Shown: positions 1 to 8,993, numbered from the stretch's first letter. The stretch: 23,374 nucleotides of DNA from a virus (IMGVR_UViG_3300031920_000007:1-23374), one strand, 5' to 3'. The notes: generated from the sequence alone by a model not told the origin. Made by a program: numbers and translations.

Positions 1-45
1 TGAAACCTTTTAAAAATATAGTGTATAACTAGTATATAACAATTT
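1..45. repeat. Terminal direct repeat, copy 1 (identical to 23330..23374). Signature of a circular or circularly permuted assembly.
   Basis: Bases 1-45 (tgaaaccttttaaaaatatagtgtataactagtatataacaattt) match bases 23330-23374 exactly, compared base by base. Confidence 0.9.
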
Positions 46-57
46 AAAACAAACATT

Positions 58-204
58 ATGAAAGTAACAAAAAAAGAATTAATCGCAGCAAGACAACAAT
101 TACTAAAAGAGTATAATATGTGGAGCCATCTAGTTGGAGTTGATGATTATGAATGTACAAGCAGAGACACAAAAATTAAAAAAATTACTAAAATCTTAAA
201 CTAA
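58..204 (+). CDS. Small hypothetical protein, 48 aa (MKVTKKELIAARQQLLKEYNMWSHLVGVDDYECTSRDTKIKKITKILN).
   Basis: Hand-translated ORF below the track cutoff: ATG at 58, TAA at 202-204. It has an A/C-rich SD-less leader (aaaacaaacatt-ATG) like the other genes here and lies downstream of P_a. Confidence 0.45.
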   Translation: MKVTKKELIAARQQLLKEYNMWSHLVGVDDYECTSRDTKIKKITKILN

Positions 205-206
205 AC

Positions 207-231
207 AGAGGGGGCGAAAGCTCTCTCTTTT
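207..231 (+). terminator. Hairpin with a GAAA tetraloop and a short T-run between the two plus-strand ORFs. Weak terminator or RNA structural element.
   Basis: agaggggGC-GAAA-GCtctctct forms a 9-bp stem including two G-U pairs. It is followed by only 3-4 T. Confidence 0.3.
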
Positions 232-243
232 AAATAAACAATT

Positions 244-498
244 ATGAGTGTACAATTACCAAACTTCTCAGATTACATGAGAGTAGTAGAAGGAATGATC
301 AATAAGAATGAACTAACAGTAGAACAAGGTATAATCCTTAGATGCTGTTACAACGCTACGGTTAATGAGAGACCAGTTAATGTAAACTATTTAATGTCTG
401 CAACTGGTTTAAACTGGAAAAGAATCAGTGCTATCCTAAATGGTCTAGTACTTAAAGGTGCTATCAGAGTACATGATAAAAAATGGTATACTCTTTAG
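244..498 (+). CDS. Small winged-helix / MarR-like DNA-binding protein; candidate transcriptional regulator.
   Basis: 84-aa ORF in the track. The segment VNVNYLMSATGLNWKRISAILNGLVLKGAIRV reads as helix-turn-helix plus wing. SD-less leader aaataaacaatt-ATG. Confidence 0.55.
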   Translation: MSVQLPNFSDYMRVVEGMINKNELTVEQGIILRCCYNATVNERPVNVNYLMSATGLNWKRISAILNGLVLKGAIRVHDKKWYTL

Positions 499-653
499 TC
501 CTTCTTTCTTTTGTCTCTAATCCTCATGATATTGAGTATAATACCTGTGATGATTAATCCCATAGTAAGTATACTATTCCATTCTACCATAGCTGAACCA
601 GCTGCAGTTATGGTAGTTAGGTTTGCTATTGAGTCTTTAGTTTCTGCTATCAT
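495..653 (-). CDS. Small single-pass membrane protein, 52 aa. Lysis-associated role is possible.
   Basis: Hand-translated: MIAETKDSIANLTTITAAGSAMVEWNSILTMGLIITGIILNIMRIRDKRKKD. It has a hydrophobic core and a basic C-terminus. The ATG at 653 lies 1 nt after the stop of the upstream gene (655-657), suggesting translational coupling. Confidence 0.5.
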   Translation of the reverse strand: MIAETKDSIANLTTITAAGSAMVEWNSILTMGLIITGIILNIMRIRDKRKKD

Positions 654-654
654 A

Positions 655-1701
655 TTAGTTTTTTTGTACGATTTCTAAGAAGTTACCAGTTACAGAGAAA
701 CCATTTAGTTCTCCTGCTTTGATTTGATTCCAAGTTTCTTCGTTATTTATTTTGTAACTTACCATCCAGGTTCCCGATGGTACATCAAAACCTAATCCTG
801 TTGCTTTGTCCATCTTTGGATCATCAACAATCCAAGACTCAAGAAGAGTATTCTCATTAACAATGTTATCATCGTGGTTTATATCTGTATTGTGTGTGTT
901 GTTATCTTCTAAAAACTTCTTTGCAATCTTTTGTACTGTATCTTTAGAGAAGTATACGTGAAATGTATTACCTAATTCATCCTTTCTTGGTATCAAAGCT
1001 AAAGGAATCATACTTGGCCCGGTTACAATCATCTGATCATCAGTACTAAATGACCAATGTTTACTCATTAAGTATGCATTGTTACTAACACTACCATCTG
1101 GTGATGGTTCTGATGAGTTATTAGTTTTACCAGCATCACCCGCAGCTGGTCCTAAGCTAACTAATACATCTCGTGTACCATTATTAAATTTAACCATAGC
1201 TTCCCAGTAATGATTACAATTGTTTGCTCCTTTATATTTGAACACATCATATGAATTACTTCCTCTTGGTCCAAATCCAGGATTGAATCGATTCATTCTT
1301 GTAATATCTTCTCTAGAATATGATTTGTTTAGGGCTTTTAAAGTAGCACAGAATGTTCTTTGTCCCGCTGGACCTGCATATCTATATCTTAGTTCTGCTG
1401 GTGTTGATGGATCTAAACCTTCTAATGCATCTAATGCTCTTGCTCCTTGTAAGTAATCACCTACAGATGCAAACTCATCTAATTTACCATCTATATAGAT
1501 AACATCTTCTGGATTAATAGTCTCACCTACTTCTTGTGCTATCTTTAATACATGTTCTTGGAATTCATCTTGCTCTTCAGAGAATGCCATCCAATTTACT
1601 TCTATTGCTGGTTTATCAACGAGAGACATGATCTCTACTCCTAAGTCTTCGAATTCGAATTCTTCCATGTTGATTATAAGTTCTACTATCTTGTTCATCA
1701 T
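655..1701 (-). CDS. XkdF-like phage peptidase with an embedded MuF / SPP1 gp7-like head-morphogenesis segment.
   Basis: N-terminal SLVDKPAIE motif. The C-terminal ~140 aa (IVTGPSMIPLALIPRKDELGNTFHVYFSKDTVQKIAKKF...INHDD...ESWIV...GTWMVSYKI...WNQIKAGELNGFSVTG) resembles B. subtilis XkdF. The central RYRYAGPAGQRTFC...FKYKGANNCNHYW resembles the MuF C-terminal motif. Both comparisons are from memory. Confidence 0.6.
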   Translation of the reverse strand: MMNKIVELIINMEEFEFEDLGVEIMSLVDKPAIEVNWMAFSEEQDEFQEHVLKIAQEVGETINPEDVIYIDGKLDEFASVGDYLQGARALDALEGLDPSTPAELRYRYAGPAGQRTFCATLKALNKSYSREDITRMNRFNPGFGPRGSNSYDVFKYKGANNCNHYWEAMVKFNNGTRDVLVSLGPAAGDAGKTNNSSEPSPDGSVSNNAYLMSKHWSFSTDDQMIVTGPSMIPLALIPRKDELGNTFHVYFSKDTVQKIAKKFLEDNNTHNTDINHDDNIVNENTLLESWIVDDPKMDKATGLGFDVPSGTWMVSYKINNEETWNQIKAGELNGFSVTGNFLEIVQKN

Positions 1702-1711
1702 AAGTTATATA

Positions 1712-3517
1712 TTATAGTCTTGCTAAGTCGTTTATTTTTGCATCAGCTTCTTGTTGTGAACTTACTTCTGAAGAGACTACATATGCTCTTACTACTGGTG
1801 GTCCACTACTTCCAGTTTGTTCACCTAATGTTACTTGATTTTCTGCTGTATCTGCATTAGCTCCAGCTTGTAAAGCAGTTTCTGGATTAAATGCTGGTGC
1901 ACTAGGTACTGAGATGCTTGGAGCACCACCAGCTGATTTATTACCTGGTGTCTTAGTACTTATAATCTTTTTGATTGACATTAACCCAGATGCTACAGCA
2001 ACTCCTGCTGCGATAGGTGCAAGTACTGGTCCTGCAACTGGAATACCAACTACTGATTTATAGGCTGCATTCGCAGATTGATAAGTATCTATGGTTGTAG
2101 ATGCAATAGCTGCTGCTTTACCAACTGCTGTACCTTCTCCAACTAAAGATGAAATACTAGAAAGAATATCAGAACCTGCACTTAATGCATTCTGAACATC
2201 TTGTTCTTTCATTGCTTTGTTAAAGTCTGCTTCTTCTTTTGCTAGATCTTTAGATTTCTTAACATAACTAGCTTTGATTCTATTGATCTCTGCTTCAGTT
2301 GCTCCTGCTGCAGTTAACTTTGCTATGTCTAATTCTTCTTGTATTCTTAATTCTTCAGCAGCACGTACAAACATGTTATCAATAGCATCTAAATCTGCTT
2401 GTTGTAACATGTCATCGATCATCTGTCTGTTCGCAAGATATGCGGCATCTGCTGCGGCCTTCTCTGCGTCAGCTTTATCTTTAATCGCTTTCTTATCAGC
2501 TGCTAGTTTTTCTGCTGCTGCGAGTTCATCTGCATCTCTTTTCTCTTGATCTGCTTTCTTCTTTGCAGCTGCATCGTCATCAGCTTTATTACTCGCTAGT
2601 ATAATACCATCTCTAGAGTTTTTAAGCTTCATCAGCTGCTCCTCTGTCTCTTTGATAGTAGCATCACCTTCTGCTTTAACTTCTTCAGGATCAAATATCA
2701 TACCAGCAATACCACCAGTGAAATCATCTGCTAGATTGGTTGCTATGTCAATACCTGGAATGTATGAAAGTGCCTTAGTTAATGCATCAACAGTTGCTAA
2801 TAACATTGTAATAGGAAGAGTTAAGAATGCAATTACACCTTGTGCGATGTCTTTGTTTCTTTGAGCTGCAGCAACTTGAGCTTCTTTAGTCTTCTTCATT
2901 TGCTCTAACTGAGCAATGGTAGCTGCTATAACTTCATCAGTCTGCTGTATCTTAAGGTCTCTGATTTCTGCTTCAGATTTACCTTGTAGTCTAAGAGAGT
3001 TCTCTTGTGCTGATATAGCATCTAAGCCTTCTTGTTGTGTTTTAACATTTTCTTCTGCTAGTGCATTAACTTTCTTTTGTTCTGAACTAACTCCACTAAC
3101 TAAACCAACAATATCATCCCAATAGGCAACGATTAGACCAAGCGCTACGACTAATGCACCAATACCAGTTGATATTAGGGCTTTCTTTAATCCACTTGCT
3201 CCAGCTATACCTGATTTAAATGAAACCTTTAAGGCTTTACCCATTTTACCAACACCAGTAATAACATTCTTAAATCTACTAGCTAAACCACCAGTTGCTT
3301 CATCAAGTACTGAGATAGCACCTTCACCAGCTTCACCTGCATCTTTAGATTCTTTACCTAATTTATCAAAGTCATCAGCAGCACCATCAGCGGCATCACC
3401 AGCTTTCTTAGCTTGTGTCTCTAATTGTTGTAATGCAACTTTGGCATCATCTATATTTGTGACCGACTGTTCTAGACCGTCGATCTCAAAGGTTATTTTA
3501 ACTATCTTATCTGCCAT
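1712..3517 (-). CDS. Tape-measure-like protein. An internal or ejection protein is the alternative.
   Basis: 601 aa, Ala/Lys/Glu/Asp-rich with coiled-coil character. Hydrophobic segments include GIGALVVALGLIVAYW and VIAFLTLPITMLLATV. The C-terminal motif IPVAGPVLAPIAAGVAVASGLMSIKKI is typical of TMPs. Confidence 0.6.
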   Translation of the reverse strand: MADKIVKITFEIDGLEQSVTNIDDAKVALQQLETQAKKAGDAADGAADDFDKLGKESKDAGEAGEGAISVLDEATGGLASRFKNVITGVGKMGKALKVSFKSGIAGASGLKKALISTGIGALVVALGLIVAYWDDIVGLVSGVSSEQKKVNALAEENVKTQQEGLDAISAQENSLRLQGKSEAEIRDLKIQQTDEVIAATIAQLEQMKKTKEAQVAAAQRNKDIAQGVIAFLTLPITMLLATVDALTKALSYIPGIDIATNLADDFTGGIAGMIFDPEEVKAEGDATIKETEEQLMKLKNSRDGIILASNKADDDAAAKKKADQEKRDADELAAAEKLAADKKAIKDKADAEKAAADAAYLANRQMIDDMLQQADLDAIDNMFVRAAEELRIQEELDIAKLTAAGATEAEINRIKASYVKKSKDLAKEEADFNKAMKEQDVQNALSAGSDILSSISSLVGEGTAVGKAAAIASTTIDTYQSANAAYKSVVGIPVAGPVLAPIAAGVAVASGLMSIKKIISTKTPGNKSAGGAPSISVPSAPAFNPETALQAGANADTAENQVTLGEQTGSSGPPVVRAYVVSSEVSSQQEADAKINDLARL

Positions 3518-3519
3518 AC

Positions 3520-3533
3520 TATTAAATATAAAT
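3520..3533 (-). promoter_or_regulatory. Second copy of the conserved 14-mer, 2 nt upstream of the tape-measure-like gene's ATG.
   Basis: Exact match to 11036-11049. It contains TATATTTA, which resembles the Bacteroidetes -7 box TAnnTTTG. Confidence 0.3.
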
Positions 3534-3548
3534 TATTAGTCATTTGAA

Positions 3549-6500
3549 TTACTGTAAACAGTGTATTGAATCTTCACAACCATATGATTGATCTTCGTTA
3601 TGTAGAATCGCATCTGGTGTTCCACTATTTAATTGAATAATAGTTCCACAGTAAACTGCAAGACCACCATTTAATCTGAACTGTACTACGTCTCCAATTT
3701 GGAAATTAGATTGACCTCGTTCTAATGTCCAATTATGCATAGCTGGTATACATGATTCAATAACGTAAGTTAAAGGAGTTGGTGGATCAAGCGTACAATC
3801 CTTTGGACTAGTACATACATTATCTGATATGTAAATATTTGTATAAGCTTGACCTTGAGTCACTGTAACACTTCCAATTTCTGCACATATTGAAATTGTA
3901 TTACCACTACCAACTATCCAACCATATCCAGCTAAACCAAAGGTATAACTACCATAAGCATCTGCAAATCCAGTATTAGTAATAGTATGACATACTTGTG
4001 ATGGTGGTGGTGTTATACCTTGACAGTCATTACAGTCTGTATATTCAAAAGGTAATAAGAACTCTCCAGATGGTGTTTCTTGTGTACTAATTATTTGAAC
4101 ACATATACCTGCATAAGTCCCTGTTTCTATCTTGTATACTCCACCTACTGCTAATTGTGTAGTTGATTGAAAGTATGTTGGTGGAAAACTTTGAGTATCA
4201 CATGCAAATGCATAATAACCAAATGTAGTTGGCATAGCACATGTAGTACAGTCTGTGTGTAACTGATCATAGCACAAGTTCCCTAGTTCAACACTATCTT
4301 GTGCTATTACTGTATAACAAGGACCATAAATATCTGTATATGTGGTATCAGCTACTACCATACCAGGTACTAATTGACCACTAGGTGCAGCGTATCCACA
4401 GGAGCCTTGGTTTGTTGGATCAAGTGTAACATACCTAGTTGCATTAGGATGGTTAATAGGATCATAAGGTTGAGTACATGATTGCACTTTCCAACTAATA
4501 TATGTTGGTTGATCTGCTTCACATGTTGCACAATCTTGATAAGTGTTGTCAACAGTTGCGATAGCAGTGGTTGATTGTGTTACACCTAAGACAGTGTAAC
4601 ATGTTGCAATATTATTTAAACTTACTACATCATCTTCTTCTAAAGTTACAGTAGAAGACACTACAATGACTTGTCCACCACCACATTCTTCTACTTGATA
4701 ATATAGTAATCCATCATCACAATCTAGATTAACTGTGTATAAGTCTGACTCACATCCAAGAGAATCTATTACTCTATATTGATAACTACCTTCACATAAA
4801 TTATTTCTAGGGTTTGATGTATTACCATCAGTGTATGCAATAGTGTAAGGTCCAGTACCTCCTGCTTCTGTAATTGTGATAGAACCATTACAAGCTGCTT
4901 CGTCACCTGCACATATAGTAGGATCTACTAATACGCTAGTTGCTGTGACTAGTGTCGCTTGACTTTCTGGTACATCTACCTGTACTGTTGCAGTTCTACC
5001 AAGTGAATCAGTTACTATAAGTGTATCGATACCAACTGGTGCTGTAATAGTAAATGTAAATGGTGCAGTACCTGTTGGATTTGCAGTACCTTGTGCTCCA
5101 CTTACATCAAGTTCCCAAGTAAATCCTGGTGTACCTTCAGTAGTGATCTGTATACTACCATCTTCACCAATACAATTATCATTAAACACAGCGACAGAGA
5201 ATCCATTAAGAGGTTCGTCTAACCATATTGGTCTTTGATCATTAAGAGTAATCAATTGACATGTTACTACAGTTTCTGCACCTACTTGTGCATCTATAAT
5301 CTTTTCAGGTCTATAGTATTTACCATTAACAAAGATAACATCATCGAATGTAAGATCTTGTAGATCTACATTGTTTAAGATAAACTTAGCAGTTAGTCTT
5401 CTACTAAACTTGTTGTATATTGATGAGATGTAACGTGACCAGAATCCATCAAATAGAGTAGTACCTTGCTCAAAGTAACCTGTACCTGGTGAAGGGTTAA
5501 TATAATATCTAGTGTCGTTAGAGAAATTTAAGTTTAATGATGTCTGTTGTACTGGCCAATTCTCATAAGGACTAACTAGTGGATAGTTTGTTTGTAAGAC
5601 TGCATTACCACTATCATTATTTAGATACCATCTATGTTGATTAACTGTAATAGGTATCTTACCATTATAGAATAAGAATCTAGTTTTAGGTTTAAGAGGT
5701 AATTGTTCTGGTCTTGATGGATTCGAACTGGTCTGTTCACCTGTTACTTCTACAATACTTGGTATGATAAATGAAGGCTCTGGGTGGTTATTAGTAGTAT
5801 CTATGATTTGATCTATAGGTGTTGGCGCTATGCCTTTTACATCTATCTTACGAGTACCTTTAAGTAACTCATTAGTTGAATTAAACTGTAAGTAACCATA
5901 AGGGTGTTTGTTATTATCAAAGTGGAATTTATTAATGAAATCCTCATCTTGTGCAAAAGAGTATTCTATCGTAGCTGACTGTGTATTAAACAGAGGCTCT
6001 AAGACAGTGTCTTTATCCTCTACTAGTTTATGAGACCAGTCATAAGTTACACCACTACCAATGAACTCTTGCCATGGTTCTATGATAAAGTTATTAGGTC
6101 TTTTATTATCAGGTTGCATTACTAACCTAAACATAGTAAGGATATCTTTAACGTAGTCTATTTGTTTGTGTTCACAATCTAAATCTAATGGTGAGTAGTA
6201 GTCACCAGGTGCTGCTGTACAATCCCAATAAGTATTAGTTACTGTTGAGTAATCTATGTAGCCGCTTTGTGTATCACAAAAGACTTGTATAATATCTCCT
6301 GCTATTGGTTGATAACCACCGTTACGTGAATCCCAAGTAAGTGATGAGGTACTTCCATTACCTGCAGTATTACCTTGAGCCAGTGTCTGTAAGATAGTTC
6401 CACCTATTTGATTAACAACACATAGTCTTAAGAATACAGGCACTTGTACGTTAGGTCCTTGTGATTGTTCTACTTCTCCATTCATTTGTGCTGACGCTGA

Positions 6501-7523
6501 CATAATATAGAAGTTACCTCCTAGTGTGGCATCTGCTGTGACATTAAAGTAAGAACCTGTTGCGGGACTAGCTATTACGTAGTTATTAGCTATGTTAGTA
6601 GTAACTAAGTTATTATACATAAACTGATTAATATCATTACCACTTCCAAATTGGTTACTAGACTCAAAGTTAGTTCCAGTTACTTGATCTATTTCCATAC
6701 CAATAGACTCGTCGTTACCGAATGCACTAATATACATTTGGTGAAACCTATCTGAGTTTAAGAACTCAGACGAATAAGTATAACCAACATCTTCAAAGAT
6801 TTGATCTAAGACTCTCTTAGCTCTAATCATTGGCTTCATTCTCGTTTGAGACAATGAATGTTGAGACTTTGTAAATGATCTAACACCATTACCTGCTCCA
6901 CCTAAGGCTACTGTACCTTGCAGCGGATCTCCATCATCATAAGTATTACCATGATTTATAAGTGGCATAATGATATCGCCATCTGCAAAGCCTGCAGTTA
7001 TGTTTGCTGTCTGAGGAAATGCTAGCCAACTTTGTACTATGTTAGTATATGTAAACGGTCCTGTGAAGTCATCCGCATTAGTGTATACATTAGGTAGACC
7101 TTCCCAATCAAAGTCTGTCATTGTTAATTGACATAGAGTCTTCTCAGCAATTGTAGATGAAAAGTCTCTAGTCTCTCCTAAGAAGAGTAACTCATAGTCA
7201 GTTCTATCTAAGTCATCATTTCTAAATATCTTTTGTAGTCTGATGTGTCCCTCTCTAAATTCAGATCCATCTACTAAGATCTCTGCGTAGTTCTTTAAGG
7301 TAACATCAAAATCTATTCCATCTACTTCAAACACATTCTCAAAGAATTCATTGTTATGTCTAGTCGCTGGTACTCTAAACGTCTTAGAGAACACTGAAGT
7401 AGCATCTGCCTGTGTAATGTCTTCTATACTCAGAGTCAACTTAATTGGTTCAGTCTCGTATAGATCTAAGAAGAGTGATGTGTCACTATCTCCTTTTGTT
7501 TTGTAAACTTTAAGTTGTATCAT
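3549..7523 (-). CDS. Giant tail / receptor-binding protein. It has an N-terminal tail-protein body, two SprB-like repeats and five C-terminal cysteine-framed modules.
   Basis: 1324-aa ORF. Residues ~775-940 carry CxG.DGSI.I and GGTGPYT.....G.Y...V.D..GC patterns like SprB repeats. Residues 941-1324 form five Cys-framed modules, of which A-C end in DCxxC. Confidence 0.7.
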   Translation of the reverse strand: MIQLKVYKTKGDSDTSLFLDLYETEPIKLTLSIEDITQADATSVFSKTFRVPATRHNNEFFENVFEVDGIDFDVTLKNYAEILVDGSEFREGHIRLQKIFRNDDLDRTDYELLFLGETRDFSSTIAEKTLCQLTMTDFDWEGLPNVYTNADDFTGPFTYTNIVQSWLAFPQTANITAGFADGDIIMPLINHGNTYDDGDPLQGTVALGGAGNGVRSFTKSQHSLSQTRMKPMIRAKRVLDQIFEDVGYTYSSEFLNSDRFHQMYISAFGNDESIGMEIDQVTGTNFESSNQFGSGNDINQFMYNNLVTTNIANNYVIASPATGSYFNVTADATLGGNFYIMSASAQMNGEVEQSQGPNVQVPVFLRLCVVNQIGGTILQTLAQGNTAGNGSTSSLTWDSRNGGYQPIAGDIIQVFCDTQSGYIDYSTVTNTYWDCTAAPGDYYSPLDLDCEHKQIDYVKDILTMFRLVMQPDNKRPNNFIIEPWQEFIGSGVTYDWSHKLVEDKDTVLEPLFNTQSATIEYSFAQDEDFINKFHFDNNKHPYGYLQFNSTNELLKGTRKIDVKGIAPTPIDQIIDTTNNHPEPSFIIPSIVEVTGEQTSSNPSRPEQLPLKPKTRFLFYNGKIPITVNQHRWYLNNDSGNAVLQTNYPLVSPYENWPVQQTSLNLNFSNDTRYYINPSPGTGYFEQGTTLFDGFWSRYISSIYNKFSRRLTAKFILNNVDLQDLTFDDVIFVNGKYYRPEKIIDAQVGAETVVTCQLITLNDQRPIWLDEPLNGFSVAVFNDNCIGEDGSIQITTEGTPGFTWELDVSGAQGTANPTGTAPFTFTITAPVGIDTLIVTDSLGRTATVQVDVPESQATLVTATSVLVDPTICAGDEAACNGSITITEAGGTGPYTIAYTDGNTSNPRNNLCEGSYQYRVIDSLGCESDLYTVNLDCDDGLLYYQVEECGGGQVIVVSSTVTLEEDDVVSLNNIATCYTVLGVTQSTTAIATVDNTYQDCATCEADQPTYISWKVQSCTQPYDPINHPNATRYVTLDPTNQGSCGYAAPSGQLVPGMVVADTTYTDIYGPCYTVIAQDSVELGNLCYDQLHTDCTTCAMPTTFGYYAFACDTQSFPPTYFQSTTQLAVGGVYKIETGTYAGICVQIISTQETPSGEFLLPFEYTDCNDCQGITPPPSQVCHTITNTGFADAYGSYTFGLAGYGWIVGSGNTISICAEIGSVTVTQGQAYTNIYISDNVCTSPKDCTLDPPTPLTYVIESCIPAMHNWTLERGQSNFQIGDVVQFRLNGGLAVYCGTIIQLNSGTPDAILHNEDQSYGCEDSIHCLQ

Positions 7524-7524
7524 A

Positions 7525-8991
7525 TTATCCTCTTTGCGATTTGATGTTTGATGCTAATTTGTAATTAACTGTGTATTGGAACAGTCTGTCTTTTCTATAA
7601 GTCTTCTCAGTATAAGATGATGAGATCAAGTTAATTGGAATCCATTGGTTTGCATATTCACCTACTGAGAACCTTACGTTAACTGATGGTGATTTAAACA
7701 TAGACTCTAACAGTTGTGCCTCTTCATCATTCATATAACCTGACATCGCTTCCCATACCTCTTTGATATCTTGTGAGTATGTAGTAAATCCTCTTGATCG
7801 TTCATTAACTGAGTACTCTGTTGAGTTATAGTCTGCTGCTTCCTTTAAGAAGTTATTACGTTTAGTATTTATCTTCTTCTCGTTCTTCTTAGTAAACGTG
7901 AACTGATCTCTATAACCTTCTGAGTTTAACCAAGCAAACTGGATATGATCGTAATCATTACAAGGTTCTTGTATTATGTTATACCTTTGGATTCGCCATG
8001 CTGCTTCTGACATTACTGGTATCTGTGATTGATCATCAGTTACACATGTTAATGGTGTGTATAAGACTGGAATTATATAGTAGTGTGTACATGCTGTGGA
8101 TAGTGTACCTTGTGGAAAGTTAGCAGGTCCTGTTGCAATAGTAATCACATTGAAGTTACCTGATGGTATTAGACCTTGGCCTAGTGTTATGTTAGGTCCA
8201 CCTCCATTTGATTGTGAGTTTGTTAAGAATGAGGTATTAAAGATACTACCTGCTGCGTTTGCTTGCAAGATCCAAAACCCTTCGATACCTCTAACTGCAG
8301 TGTTAGGTGCAGCAGGTTGACCAGATCTATTGACTTGTTGCCAAAATGATTTAGTACACTGATCATCTGCGTATACATTATGTACATCTATCCCGCCGGG
8401 AGAAGGATAACCTCCATTTACTGTAAGTAGATTATCACCAGTCTGTGTGTCTGCTATAGTCCATACGTTATCTGATAGTGGTCTAGCTGGTGAGTTGATG
8501 ACAGTACATGTAGGATTTGAATCATCACCACTTGCAGTAACTATGAATTCATTTGCCTCTGAGTAAGGTACTTGCCAATACTCTTTCTGACCACCAACAG
8601 CAGTAAAGATAGTAGGGTCAGTTACAAAGGCTGAATCTAATTGACCGTTAGTCTCTGTGGTTACAGCGATCTGATACTGTACTAGTTCGCCATCAGCTAT
8701 TTGCATTCTTGTATTCTGTTGTGCAAATCCAGATGTAGAGTAGTGTAAACCATCTATGTTTGATTTAGTTGGTTGTACTTGAGTCTGTAAGATATTCTGT
8801 ATATCAAAGACTGCTTTAGCATATCTGTTAGGTGATTGTCTGATATCTGCAATTGGATTTACTTGACCTACTACAAAGATTTGTAATGCATACTTTTGTT
8901 GAGAAGGTGTTATACCATTCAAAGTAATAGGATTAGCTCCATATGCCATATCAAATGGCGTCTGTGGTGTTTGTTGAATTGTTACTGCCAT
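7525..8991 (-). CDS. Putative tail / baseplate structural protein.
   Basis: 488-aa ORF tightly packed between a gp10-like gene and the giant tail protein (1-nt gap). No motif was recognised with certainty. Confidence 0.45.
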   Translation of the reverse strand: MAVTIQQTPQTPFDMAYGANPITLNGITPSQQKYALQIFVVGQVNPIADIRQSPNRYAKAVFDIQNILQTQVQPTKSNIDGLHYSTSGFAQQNTRMQIADGELVQYQIAVTTETNGQLDSAFVTDPTIFTAVGGQKEYWQVPYSEANEFIVTASGDDSNPTCTVINSPARPLSDNVWTIADTQTGDNLLTVNGGYPSPGGIDVHNVYADDQCTKSFWQQVNRSGQPAAPNTAVRGIEGFWILQANAAGSIFNTSFLTNSQSNGGGPNITLGQGLIPSGNFNVITIATGPANFPQGTLSTACTHYYIIPVLYTPLTCVTDDQSQIPVMSEAAWRIQRYNIIQEPCNDYDHIQFAWLNSEGYRDQFTFTKKNEKKINTKRNNFLKEAADYNSTEYSVNERSRGFTTYSQDIKEVWEAMSGYMNDEEAQLLESMFKSPSVNVRFSVGEYANQWIPINLISSSYTEKTYRKDRLFQYTVNYKLASNIKSQRG

Positions 8992-8993
8992 AA

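Noticed and set aside
1-45. The terminal repeat considered as a biological DTR or cos site.
   Set aside because: It cannot be told apart from an assembler k-mer overlap using the sequence alone. Exactly 45 nt with no other terminal features favours an assembly artefact of a circular map.
2274-3125. Plus-strand ORFs 2274..2549, 2652..2864 and 2916..3125 (Ala/Ser/Cys-rich).
   Set aside because: They lie antisense to the tape-measure-like gene. Low-complexity GCN/AAG-rich coding DNA keeps the opposite strand open. They have no start context or promoter, and their translations are low-complexity.
3552-4703. Variable Cys-module region considered as the target of a diversity-generating retroelement.
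   Set aside because: There is no reverse transcriptase gene anywhere in the complete genome, and I could find no near-identical template repeat.
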